Positions 10,406 to 23,189 of a stretch of DNA of 64,000 nucleotides are shown piece by piece (position 1 is the stretch's first letter; every line of letters starts with the position of its first letter). The notes beneath the pieces were generated by a model, which worked only from the letters and a program-made list of their open reading frames with translations, ran no database searches and was not told the DNA's origin. This DNA comes from Lama glama. Lineage: Eukaryota. Location: assembly GCA_028534125.1 (NCBI GenBank), contig CM052852.1:75764001-75828000 (forward strand). Direction: 5' to 3'. A program made the translations under genes and the position numbers.

Positions 10406-13400
10406 TTTTAATTCTTCCTTAAACACTTGGTAGAGTTCACCAGTGAAGCTATCTGGTTTGTGTTATTGTTTTGGGGAGGGGGAGGTCTTTGGTAGAAATT
10501 TTTGATGGCTGATTCATTTCACTTGTATCGGTCTATTCAGATTTCTATTTCTCCTTAAATCAGTTTTGATGACTTGTGTCTTTCTAGAAATTTGTCCATT
10601 TCACCTAGGTTATCTAATTTGTTGGCATATAATTATTCATAGTATGCCTTTAAAAAAAACACCTGTAAGTTCAGTAGTAATGTCCCCAGCTATAATTGTT
10701 GAATTGTCTATTTCTCCCTGCAATTCTGTCAGGTTTTGCTTCCTGTAGTTTGGGGGGGGGGTCTCTTTTTAGGTGTGTATATATTTATAATTGTTATATC
10801 TTCCTGAAGTATTGACCCTATTATCATTATAAAATGTTCTTCCTTGTCTCTAGTAACAATTTTTGTCATAAAGTTTATTTGTCTGATATTAGTATGTCAA
10901 CTCTCTTTTAGTTACTGTTTTCATGATACATCTTTTTTCATCCTTTTACTTTCAACTTAATTGTGTCTTTGAATCCAAAGGATGTCTGTAGACAGCATAT
11001 AATTGGATCATGCTTTTTATCCATTCTTCCAACTCTGCCTTTTGGGTGTAGTGTTTAAGATGTTTGAATTTGATGTAATTATCAAAAGGTAGGATTTATG
11101 TCTGCTTTTGCTATTTGTTTTCTATATTTCATGTCATTTTTGTTCATCAGCTCCTCCATTACTGCCTTCTTTTGGGTTAAGTGGATTATTTTCTAGCCTA
11201 CCATTTTGATTAACTTGTTTCTTTTACTATATTTTCATAGTGGCTTCCCTGGAGATTGCAATGAGTATATTAACTTATACAAACCAATTGAAATTAATAC
11301 CAAATTAATTTTCAATATTATTCAAGAACTTGCTCCAAGAATGCTCCATTCTCTTCCTGCTCCTTTGTGCTGTTATTGTCATACAAATTACATCTTTATA
11401 CAGTGTATGTCATCAACACAGACTTGTCATGATTGCTTTACACAGTTGTCTTTTAAATCAGAAAGCAGCGGGGGGAGGGGTGGAATGTGGAATATGGCCT
11501 AAAATTAATATTATGTATTGCCTTGACATGTGGTAAAATCAAGAGGGCCTCAAATGGCCTAACTGCACATTCCCTTCCCCACTCTGCTTCCACAGATAAG
11601 ATCCTCTAGCCAAACAACCCTCTTTATCATGGAGACCAGGTACAGTTCCTGCTTATCCCTGAGTAGTGGGCTTCAGTTCCCTGCCAGCCCATAGAATTAG
11701 TTAAACAAACCAATCAAATCCTCCCACAGGAACCAGGGGCTTCTCCATCTTCTTGATACTGCAAAGCCTGCCTCCCATACCCCTGCTTGTTTACTCTTTC
11801 CAAGTGCAAACCCTGTGTGGCCCTGTGTGACATGCAGTGTCCTCCCCCTTCAGGCTGTGAGTATATGTGACTAATAAACTGCTGTCCATTTCATCTGTCC
11901 AGTGTTGTGTACGTGGTCATCCCCATAGCCCTAGGGCAGGATCCCTCCCTCAACAATGGTGTGAAGAGGAGGTGATCAAAACAATTGGCGTCATGAACAG
12001 GATGGACCAACCATGACCCAGGACAGCTGGTCAGCTTTAATTAACTGCTCAGGCTAATTAACTGACTCCATGATATGACAAATGCTATCTTGGACAGAAC
12101 TGCCAGTTACTGGTGGACTTGTGCTTTGGCTTGCAAGGCACTGTGTGTGGTCTTTGCTAGGTATTGCAATCTCTTCCCACTTTGAATGCTCTAATCCTCA
12201 AGATAAGAATTACTGCTAATTGACTATATCCCATCATGGTTTTGACCTGTGTTTGGCAGCTGGTCTCTGAGGCTCCTGCCTGTGCAGGCAGCACACACAG
12301 ATTCCTAACCAGTTGGCACTTGAGGTGCAGTTACCAAGGGTGGAGCTATAGCTTTCTGATCACTTTGTCTAGCCTGGTTACTGTCACTGGCTGCTTGAAC
12401 AGCTGTAACATACCTTGTTGATGGTTGTGTGCTACTAGGACAGACCCAGGGACACCTCTGTGAGGCTAGTGGAAAGGAAGGAGACCATCATCTTGGGGAG
12501 AATTAAGCTGACTATTAGTTGCCTAACAGTCACTGTTATTCAGGTAAGGAGAACATTCTTGCTCATCTCCTGTACTGCTGCTTCCTTTGCGGCTGTCATG
12601 TATGCTCTCCTAACCCCCAAAGGTATTCAGGTAGACATCTATGGTGGCCCATGGCCCAGGCATCAATGATTTTAAAAATGGGAAGGAGTATTTCATACCT
12701 AATTGCTCTCCCAATGCATAACTCCTAACCAATGTGCCTGGGTTTTGCCTAACGCTGCTGCTTACCAGTGCATCAAAAGTCCTAATCTTGCAATCACAGA
12801 GCTTGATGAATTCCATTTAGGCTATAGACAAAATGATCTTACTGGATGTGGACCTCAACCCATAACCATCAAGAAAGTCCACATCACTGATGACTGGGCA
12901 GAGAGAGAAACTGAAAGCAGTGGCTTCACATGGCTAGAAATCTAAACTGTTATGAGGGAATTTTTAGAGAAAGAAAAGGGTGGGGAAGGGAAGCCCCTGC
13001 AGGGGAAAGAGTCGGGCTGTAGCACACTTGTGGACCCAATGATCTTCTTTTACACCACTCTGCTGCTCATGCCTCCTGTGGGACAAAGAGCTCCATTCTC
13101 AGGGTTGCAGGAAAAACATTACATTGAAACAAAGGTCCACAATTGGACACAATTGGAAATACAAAATGTACTAAAATAATTCATACAGCAAAAAGACAAA
13201 AGGGCACTTTTGCACCTCTACAACATAGGCTCTGAATTAACTTCAACATTTGCAGCTGAAATGCACCAACTGGCAAATGTTCATGGAGTTAGTCAATACT
13301 AAGGCTCAGATTACAGTTATACCTGGGGACCCATTAAATTAAAACAAGGTACTCTCCATAATCTTAAGGGAGTTACTGAATGTAAAATAGAGGACAAATA

Positions 13401-16400
13401 GGTATGCTTCACCTTAACCATCAGAATTACCATTTTGCCTATATTCCCCATTGTCATAGCACTCACTATCCTAAAATATCCCATAGTGGGCATGGACATT
13501 CTGACCCAATGAATAATAAATTAAAATTAAATAAAGTCTTTGGCATTTACAAATTGCCTTAACTAAACGAGGTGCCATGGATTCCCCTGTTAAAATAGTT
13601 AATATGACCTAATGTAACTTGAAACAGAGACTTCAAAGATTAAAACTTATATATAAGACCTAATTAGTGAAGGGGTGATTATCTCCACTGCTCCTTCATT
13701 TGACGTCCCAATTTGGCCTGTTCTTAAACCTGGAAAGAATGAATGGTGCCTCACAGGAGATAACTACAACCTCAATGCTGTGGTTTCATCCACTAAGGCC
13801 CTACACCAAATATTGTAATTACTGACTCTCTCCAACTGGTAAATATTTTGCTATTATAGATTTGGATAGTATATTCTGTTCAGTGTCTATTTCAGTAGCT
13901 TCTCAACTGCTGTTTGGCTTCACCTCTGAAAGGACACAATATACCTTTACTAGGGTGTATTTACTAGGGTACCACAGCAACCTTGCCGTCACACACCAGA
14001 TCCCAACTGCATCCACCTTTCTCTAGGAACACAGATATGACATTACCACAATAACATACTCCTCCAAGAAGATTGATTTGACACACTTATTGAGGACATA
14101 CAAATAACTCACAAAGGCACTCACAAAAAGAGGATAGACCATTGCTCCAAACATAAGGCAAGACCACCTCTGTTACATTTCTGAAAATTCTTTGATAAAC
14201 TGAGAGCTATATCATCTCTGACATGTCTTAAACAGCTATTGACCTTCTAAGTGCCAACAATATTAATACAAGTTCAACAGCTTTGAGGGTTGGGGTTTTC
14301 TTTTTTGCTTTTTTTGTTTTGTTTTGTTTTGTTTTTGGTTCTGGAGGCATCACATTCTTCATCTACAAATTTTACTTTATATCACTGATGCATTACTTGC
14401 GAACTGGCCCATCTTGAATAGGGCCTTCTCCAGCAAAAAGCTCTAGAATCTGTCAAATTGAAATCAACAAGCACTTCTGTTAGTTCCCTCAGAGACTCCT
14501 TCATTGTAGCTTAGCAACATCCTTTCATGCCTCCTGGAATCTCTAGGCCACCTACGATGACTATAAATTAAGTTGTCCATAGGCTTCTGATGCAAGAAGC
14601 ATCATAGCCCTATACTACATACCATCAGGGCAACAACTGATGGCCACATACCAAGATCTTCTGAAAATCAAGGTTCTCACAGTCCCTGAGCTTGTGACCT
14701 TTTATACCTAACTGCCCATTATGCCTTGGGTCATGGAAGCAGCACCCCACAAGCATATCACAGCTAATGAGGTCTCCTTGCCACTGGATGGAGCCAAACC
14801 TGGCTACAAGAGGGGTGGCCTCCTCTATCTTCAGTCACTTGCCAGATATCATGATGCTAGTCTCCCAAACTCTTGGCAACCTGGGGACTCCCTTAGGATC
14901 AACCAGGTGACCAATAATGGGTGTTCATACACTTTATGGATGGCATCACACCACCATGCTTGATAGAGTTCAATAGGATGTTGCTGTTTTTCATCCCTTA
15001 ACCAGAATGTCTCTGAAAAGGATGGTACACAAGAGTCAGCAAAATTGGCCACACTTCAGGTAATCATTTTAACATTGGATACCCTGGCCAACAAATAGTC
15101 TCATCTGTACATTTTTACAAACTCTTGGGCCATTGCCTTAGAGTTGCCCCCTTTGAGATAAAGAACTCTGGGAATCTCTTGATCCATAGATACCGAAAAT
15201 ATAAATCAAGGTCACAAATGTCTCTACATATACTAAGGCCACAATACAAGGCCTTACCAGGATGCTTCTTATTTCCTTTGGAGTTGTAGACATCAGTGAT
15301 AGTGACAAAGGTACTCATTTCACTTTTCAGAATACACAATGCTGGCTCTTAAGGAAGGCATTCAGTGGAACTTCCACCCTTCCTATGGGCCCCAGGAAGT
15401 TGGTTTGAGTGAAAGGCAAACTGAGCTCCTCAGAGAGCGCTTATTAAAGTCACAAAGTGGCAAATGGACCCCCACTGGGTGTCACTATTGCCACAGGCAT
15501 TGATTAGTCTAAATTCATGCCTTCTGGGGACATGTACTCCCTGCACCAATGCCACACAGATCCCTCAACTGCCTTTATTGTCCACCAAGGGGGACACCTC
15601 TAAAGTTAATGTTTTTTGATGATCTCTTCACCATGTGGCCCTCTTTCTCCTGGTCAAGTTCCTACTTCACTTCCTAGGGAGGCACTTTTCCTATCCCTAA
15701 AAGTCTCAGTCATGATCAAGATTTAAATTGATATCAAGATTCAAGAGGTCAGCTGTGATGTAAATCGTAAAATTAATATTGAGTGCTGCCTTGACAGCTG
15801 GTAAAATCAGGAAGGCCTCAAGTAGACTAAATCCAAGTTCCCCTCCTCACTCTGTTCCTATGGATGATAAGGTCCCCTAGCCAAAAACTTCTCCTTCTCA
15901 TGGGAATCAGGAATAGTTCCTACTTAACCCTGAATAGCATGCCTCAGTTCCCTGTCAGCCCATGGAATTATTCAAACAAGCCAATCACATCCTTCTGTGG
16001 GACCTGAGAGTCAAGGCATACTCTTGATACTACAAAGTCTGACTCCTTCAGACCCTCTTTGTTCACCCTGTTCCCAAGTGCAAACCCCTTGTGGCCCTGC
16101 ATGGCATGCATTGTCCTCTTTCCCTGGGCTGTGTGTATATGTGACTAATAAACTGCTGTCCATTTCATCTGTCCAGTGTTGGATGTTGTATGTTCAGCCA
16201 TCTCCATAACCTTAGGTTGGGGAATCCATCCTTCACCAATGGAATGAAGAGGTGGTGCTCAAACCAAGAAGTCATAAAGAAAAAATACATTTATATTGTC
16301 TTTTATACTTATCTATGTATTTCAATTTAGCAATTTCTTTTTTTTCATGTAGATTTAAGTTGCTATCTAGTGTTCTTTCATTTAAGCCTAAAAATATCAC

Positions 16401-18350
16401 TTCAGTATTTTTTGTAGGGAAGATTTACCAACAATAAATTCTCTTAGTTTTTATCTCCTTCATTTTTGAAGAAAAGTTTTACTGGATATAGAATTCTTTA
16501 GGTAACAGTCTTTTTTCTTTCAGCACTTTTAATGTGTCACCTTACTGCCTTCTGGCCTCTATAGTTTCTGATGAGAAATTAGCTGTTAATCTTGTTGAGC
16601 AACCCTTGTATCAAATGAGTGACTTTTCGCTTGCTTCTTTTAGGATGATCTCTTTTTCTCTGTCTTTTGACAGTTTGATTATGATGTATCTAGGCGTGGA
16701 TCTTTTTACATTTACATTTACAAATCCTACTTGGATTTGTTTAGTCTCTCAGATGTGCATATTCATGTTTCTTTTTAAATGAAACTTGGGAAACTTTCTG
16801 GCATTATTTCATCAAATGTACTTTTTGCCCCATTCTTTCTCTCCTCTCACCCATTGTGTTGATGCTTCACTGTGTCCAACAGGTCTCTCAGGCTCTGTTC
16901 ATTTTCCTTTTTTCCCTGCTTTGTGCTCCTCAAACTCAAAAATCTCAATTGAACTATCTTCAAGTTCATTAATTCTTTATTCTGTCTGCTCAATTCTGTT
17001 GTCAAGTTCCTCTAGCGAATTTTTCATTTCAGTTATTATGCTTTTCAACTCCATACTTTCTATTCCATTCATTTTATAATTTCTATCTCTTTATTGATAA
17101 TTGGTATTTAGTGAGACATCATTTTCATACTTTGCTTTAGTTCAGTAGACTTGAGATCCTTTACTTCAGCATATTTAAAACCTCTCATCTAAAGTTTTTG
17201 CCCAGTAATTCCAATGTCTGGGCTTTCTCTAGGACAGTTCCTATTGACTGCTTTTTTCCTGTGTATGAGTCAGTCTTTCTTGTTTCTTTGCATGTCTCGT
17301 AATTTTTTCTGAAAACTGGATTTTTCAATAATATAATGCGACAACTCCTAAAATTAGATTCTCTCTTATGCCCAGGGTGTTTTATGTTTTGTTTTTCTGT
17401 TTGTTTTTGTTATTATTGCTGTTTGTTTGGTTAATGACTTTTCTGAAGTAATTCTGTAAAGTTTGTATTCTTCATCATATGTCTTTGCTTGGTTAGCTTA
17501 CTGATCAGCTAATGATTAGATAGTTTTCCTTAAATGCCTGGAATCAATATCTCCCAGTATTTATTGAGGGGCTCTGTGTTCACTTTGGAGCTTTTAATAT
17601 TGAGCCAGATAACTTGAAAATCTGTCTTAGCCCTCATTTCCTGATTACATAGAACCTCAAAATCAGCTGGATGTGAGAACTTTGGGCCTCCTCAGGTTTT
17701 TCCTGAGTGTGCACACAGACTCACACATGTGTGTGACTTTCTAGAGTCCCAGGAATTTGTCAGAGCTTGTCAAAACCCCTATGGGCCTTTCATTCCCCAC
17801 TTTTCCTTTTGAGCTTTTTGGTAAGCCTATTGTTCCCCACTGTGTCTAGCAGCAATGATGTTAAATAATTGCCACTTACTATTTTCAGCAAACACCCTCA
17901 GGGAAAAGGCTGTTCACACTGGGTGAGCTCTAAGGTCAAATAAAAACAAACCTTGTGAATGGTGTCTTCCAGGGAACCATCAGACAGGTCAAACAATGAC
18001 AACCATATAGGTATAGGGTTTGAAGGAGCTCTAACCCCATTTTGCCTCTCTAGTGGCTGCCAGGCTTTTGGTTTCCACATTATTGTGGGTTCTCAGTTTT
18101 AAAGGCTACTGCAGGGCTGGAGAGAAGGAGATGGGCACAGAGCAAGTTAAAATGCCACTCAGCTTGCTGTCCTTACCACATTCTAGCTGTTTTTCTTCAA
18201 CACACACTCTCTGGTTCCTGCAAGCATTTTGTTACTTTCCAGAGATCTAAAAAAGCAGATTATGACCATTATTAACAGTGTTCTCATTGGCTCTGTGAAA
18301 GAGTATTTTCTGAGGTCCTTTCCACTTCATTATTGCTGACATCATTCTAA
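10405..18350 (-). mobile_element. Old L1 (L1MC/M4-like ORF2-ORF1-5' region), split by the ERVL at 11486-16266
   Basis: Antisense L1 motifs 'ttggtagagttcaccagtgaagctatctgg', 'gtttctgatgagaaattagctgttaatctt', 'aattttcatttcagttatt'-like ORF1 tracts. Confidence 0.75.
11486..16266 (+). mobile_element. Degenerate ERVL (class III) provirus with both LTRs (LTR53/HERVL74-group-like, family tentative)
   Basis: Direct repeats 11486-11983 and 15754-16266 (TG...CA, AATAAA in both); PBS-like TGGCGTCATGAACAGGAT after the 5' LTR; RT remnants WPVLKPGKNEWCLT (~13713) and AIIDLDSIFCSV (~13850); IN remnants SDKGTHFT (~15300); many stops and frameshifts. Confidence 0.88.
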
Positions 18351-19028
18351 TTAATTCAACTTTGAACCTTTTGAGTTTGAGATATCTGTAGGATATCTAG
18401 GTAGAGATATCCAATAGGAAGCTGAGTATATAGATCTGAAGATTGCAGGGGGGAATCTGGTATAGAAGATGTAAGAATAATTTAAAACATTGGAGTGGAT
18501 GAGGTCACACAGGAGGAATCTGTATGATATGAAGAACAGAAATCTTAGGAAAGAACTGTAAGGAACAGCAATATTTAAGGGTCATTTAGAGACCGAGAAT
18601 ATTGAGAAGGCCAATCTCAAGAGAGACAAGAGACACCAGAAAAACTTAGATTTGAGAATACATTTCTCATTGACCATGCCATCTGTGGTTTGAAACCCAA
18701 TGTCATTCCCATCTTGTTTTTTGCTGACATAGAATACCCAGTGTGTCCATCTAGCTTAGGACTAGCAAGATGCTTAGAACTGCTCCATTCTCCACTCAGG
18801 GACAGAGATGCCAGGTCATTTATCAGGTCTATCAGCCTTCAGTTTGTCTCCTTTGCTGATCTTTTTAGCTCCTACTCAAATCTTGTCTCCTCCATGAAGT
18901 CTCCTGACATGAAATGAGAAGAATCAACATGTATCCTTGATGCTGGCTCCCTAACATTCTACTTTTTCACCACTATATTTCACTAGGTTCCTTCGCATTT
19001 TCATATAAATTTTAGAATCAGCTTGTTT

Positions 19029-19565
19029 TCTTTTTTTTAATGTTTTTTATTGATTTATAATCGTTCTACAGTGTTGTGTCAAATTCCAGTGTAAAGCACA
19101 ATTTTTCAGTTATACATGAACATATATATATTCATTGTCACATTTTTTCTCTTTGAGCTACCATAAGATCTTGTGTATATTTCCCTGTGCTATACAGTAT
19201 AATTTTGTTTATCTATTCTACAATTTTGAAATCCTGTCTATCCCTTCCCACCCTCTGCTCCCTTGGCAACCACAAGTTTGTATTCTATGTCTATGAGTCT
19301 ATTTCTGTTTTGTATTTATGCTTTGTTTTTTTGTTATTGTTTTCGTTTTTTTTGTTTTTTTGATTCCACATATGAGCGATCTCATATGGTATTTTTCTTT
19401 CTCTTTCTGGCTTACTTCCCTTAGAATGACATTCTCCAGGAGCATCCATGTTGCCGCAAATGGCGTTATGTTGTCAGTTTTTATGGCTGAGTAGTATTCC
19501 ATTGTATAAATACACCACATCTTCTTTATCCAGTCATCCATTGATGGACATTTAGACGGTCTCCA
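19029..19565 (-). mobile_element. Young L1 3' end (ORF2 C-terminus + 3' UTR + polyA); non-inverted part of a 5'-inverted insertion
   Basis: ORF 19299..19541(-) MDDWIKKMWCIYTMEYYSAIK is the L1 ORF2p C-terminus; poly-T at ~19029. Confidence 0.92.
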
Positions 19566-20340
19566 AAGTATTGAAGGAACTAAAAGAGATAGTGTTTAGA
19601 GATATAAAATATGTCAAAAATGAAATCGAAGCTATAAAGAAGAGCCAAGTAGAATTGGTAAACTCATTGGCTGAGATGAGAATAGATCTAAAGGCTGTGC
19701 AAAGCAGACTAGATAATGCAGAGGAACGAATTAGTGACCTAGAAAGCACCCAATCAGAACAACTGCAAGATAAACAAATAAAAACAAATTAAAGCAACAT
19801 AAGGGACCTATGGGATAATATAAAGCATGCCAATCTACACATAATAGGGGTCCCAGAAGAGGAAGAAAGATCAAAGGGGATTGAAAAGGTTTTTGAAGAA
19901 ATCATAACTGTAAACTTCCCAAACTTAAAGAAGGAATCAGATATCCAAGTACAGGAAGTTCAAAAGGTCCCAAACAGGAAGAACCCAAATAGAGCCACAC
20001 CAAGACATATCATAATCAAGATGGCCAGAGTCAAGGATAAAGAAATGATCCTAAAGGCAGCAAGAGAAAAGCAAAGAGTGAGTTACAAGGGAACCCCCAT
20101 AAGGCTCTCAGCTGATTTCTCTACACAAACACTACAGGCCAGAAGGGAATGGCAAGATATATTCAAACTCCTGAATGAAAAAAAAAGATGCAGCCTAGGA
20201 TACTTTATCCAGGAAGGCTATCCTTTAGGATAGAAGGAGACATAAAGAATTTCACAGACAAGAAAAAACTACAAGAGTTTAGCAATACTAAACCCATGCT
20301 AAAAGAAATATTGAAAGGTCTACTCTAAATAGAAAAAAAA
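19566..20340 (+). pseudogene. Inverted L1 ORF1 fragment (coiled-coil/RRM/CTD), disrupted
   Basis: SRLDNAEERISDLE, LWDNIKHANLHIIGVPE, ILKAAREKQRVSYKGTPIRLSADFS; premature TAA 19790, frameshift in A-run ~20180, native stop 20326-20328. Confidence 0.92.
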
Positions 20341-21172
20341 GCTTGTTATTTTCTGCAAAAAAAAAAAAGCTGCTGTGATTTTTACTTGGATTGTGCTGAA
20401 TCTACAGATCAAGTTGGAAAGAAATGACATTTTAAGAATATCAAGTACTCTGATACAGTAATATTATATATCTCACAATTTATTTAGATTTTCTTTCATT
20501 TCTCTCAGTAATATTTCATACTTTTAAGTGCACAGATCTTCCACATCTTTTGTCAGCTCATTATGTCAAAATCATTTGATGTTACCATAAGTGGCATAGT
20601 TTTCATTTCAATTTTAGGATCTTCAAAGCTGGTATATAGAAATATCATTGATTTTTGTATATTGACTTCATATTATGCAACCTTGTTACTCATATATTAG
20701 TTCTAATAACTTTTTTGTAGATTCCTTAAGATTTTCTATACAGACCATCATGTTGCCTGTGAATAAAGAGTTGTTCCTCCAACCTGTATGTCTTTTTGCC
20801 CTTTTTCTTCCCTTATTACATGACCTAGAATCTTTAGTACAATGTTGAATAGAAGTCATGAGACCAGACATACTTGCTTCATTATCTTAGGAGAAAATAA
20901 TTCATTTTTTCACCATTAATTATGATGGTAGCTATAGGTTCTCCATAGTTGTCTTCATTAGGTTTAGGACGTTCTTTTCTCAGTTTGCTGAGAGATTTTA
21001 TCAGGAATGGGTGATGGATTTTGCCAAATCTTTTTTTCTGCATTTAGTCAGTTAATATGGTGAATTAAAGTGACTGATTTTAAAAAGTTAAAACAACTTT
21101 TGATTCCTGGGATAAACAGTAATTTAGTGATTTATTATCTTTCTTATATATTGCTTGACTCTGTTTGCTAAA

Positions 21173-23027
21173 TTTTTTTTATTGTAGCATAGTCAGTTTA
21201 CAATGTCGTATCAATTTCTGGTGTATGGCATAATAGTTGTCATATACATACATACATATATTCATTTTCATATTCTTTTTCATTATAGGTTGCTACAAGA
21301 TATTGAATATAGTTCCCTGTGCTATACAGAAGAAACTTGTTATTTATTTATTTTATACACAGTAGTTAGTATCTGCAAATCTCGAACTCCCAATTTATCC
21401 CTTCCCACCTCCTTTCCTCTCTGGTAACCATTAAGTTTGTTTTCTGTATCTGTGAGTCTGTTTATGTTTTGTAAATAAGTTTGTGTCTTTTTTTTTAGGT
21501 TCCACATATAAGTGATATCATATGGTATTTTTCTTTCTCTTTCTGGCTTACTTCACTTAAAATGATTATCTCCAAGTCCATTCATGTTGCANNNNNNNNN
21601 NNNNNNNNNNNNNNNNNNNNNNNNNNNNNNNNNNNNNNNNNNNNNNNNNNNNNNNNNNNNNNNNNNNNNNNNNNNNNNNNNNNNNNNNNNNNNNNNNNNN
21701 NNNNNNNNNNNNNNNNNNNNNNNNNNNNNNNNNNNNNNNTGCATGTATCTTTTTGAATTAAAATTCCCTCTGGATATATGCCCAGGAGTGGGATTGCTAG
21801 ATCATATGGTAAGTCTATTTTTAGTTTTTTTTAAACTTTTTTTTTATTGAATTATAGTCATTTTACAATATTGTGTCAAATTCCAGTGTAGAGCACACTT
21901 TTTCAGTTATACATGAACATACATATATTCATTGTCACATTTTTTTTCGCTGTGAGCTACCACAAGATCTTGTATATATTTCCCTGTGCTATACAGTATA
22001 ATCTTGTTTATCTATTCTGCATATGCCTGTCAGTATCTACAAATTTTGAAATCCCAGTCTGTCCCTTCCCACCCCCCGCCCCCTTGGCAACCACAAGTTT
22101 ATATTCTATGTCTATGAGTCTGTTTCTGTTTTGTATTTATGTTCTTTTTTTTTATGATTCAACATATGAGCGATCTCATATGGTATTTTTCTTTCTCTTT
22201 CTGGCTTANNNNNNNNNNNNNNNNNNNNNNNNNNNNNNNNNNNNNNNNNNNNNNNNNNNNNNNNNNNNNNNNNNNNNNNNNNNNNNNNNNNNNNNNNNNN
22301 NNNNNNNNNNNNNNNNNNNNNNNNNNNNNNNNNNNNNNNNNNNNNNNNNNNNNNNNNNNNNNNNNNNNNNNNNNNNNNNNNNNNNNNNNNNNNNNNNNNN
22401 NNNNNNNNNNNNNNNNNNNNNNNNNNNNNNNNNNNNNNNNNNNNNNNNNNNNNNNNNNNNNNNNNNNNNNNNNNNNNNNNNNNNNNNNNNNNNNNNNNNN
22501 NNNNNNNNNNNNNNNNNNNNNNNNNNNNNNNNNNNNNNNNNNNNNNNNNNNNNNNNNNNNNNNNNNNNNNNNNNNNNNNNNNNNNNNNNNNNNNNNNNNN
22601 NNNNNNNNNNNNNNNNNNNNNNNNNNNNNNNNNNNNNNNNNNNNNNNNNNNNNNNNNNNNNNNNNNNNNNNNNNNNNNNNNNNNNNNNNNNNNNNNNNNN
22701 NNNNNNNNGTCATCTGTTGATGGACATTTAGGCTTTTTCCATGTCTTGGCTATTGTAAATAGTGCTGTTATGAACATTGGGGTGCAGATGTCTTTTTGAA
22801 GTAGGGTTCCTTCTGGATATATGCCCAGGAGCGGGATTCCTGGGTCATATGGTAAGTCTATTCTTAGTCTTTTGAGGAAACTCTATACTGTTTTCCACAC
22901 CAAACTGCATTCCCACCAGAAGTGTAGGAGGGTTCCTTTTTCTCCACATCCTCTCTAGAATTTATCGTTTGTGGATTTTTTAATGATGGCCATTCTGACC
23001 AGTGTGAGGTGATACCTCATTGTAGTT
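21173..23027 (-). mobile_element. Two tandem L1 3' ends (21173-~21825 and ~21826-23027) inside one TSD pair
   Basis: Poly-T starts at 21173 and ~21826; TSD ttgact(c/t)tgtttgctaaa at 21155-21172 and 23028-23045; ORF2 C-terminus MFITALFTIAKTWKKPKCPSTD. Confidence 0.85.
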
Positions 23028-23189
23028 TTGACTTTGTTTGCTAAAATTTTATTCAAAGGTTTTGTGTCTGTGTTCCTAAAGGGTCTAGGGTTTTGAGGAT
23101 TGTCTGCACTTTGCTTTTCTTTTCATGTCTTTGTATGATTGTAGTATCAAGGTCATGCTGGAATAAAGTTGTGCTGTTACTCACTAAAC

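Larger units (their letters stand above)
18985..23165 (-). mobile_element. Old L1 ORF2 fragment hosting younger L1 insertions (19029-20340, 21173-23027)
   Basis: 'tcatataaattttagaatcagcttgtt|...|ttctgcaaaaa...gctgctgtgattttt...gaatctacagatcaagttgg' is contiguous once inserts are removed. Confidence 0.8.

Noticed and set aside
19571-20328. Functional or domesticated L1 ORF1 gene (L1TD1-like)
   Set aside because: 5'-truncated, premature stop at 19790 and frameshift at ~20180; part of an inverted L1 insertion
21553-22777. Long ORFs rich in X (also near 28.9, 32.3, 34.4, 43 and 45.1 kb)
   Set aside because: Artefacts of N-runs lacking stop codons
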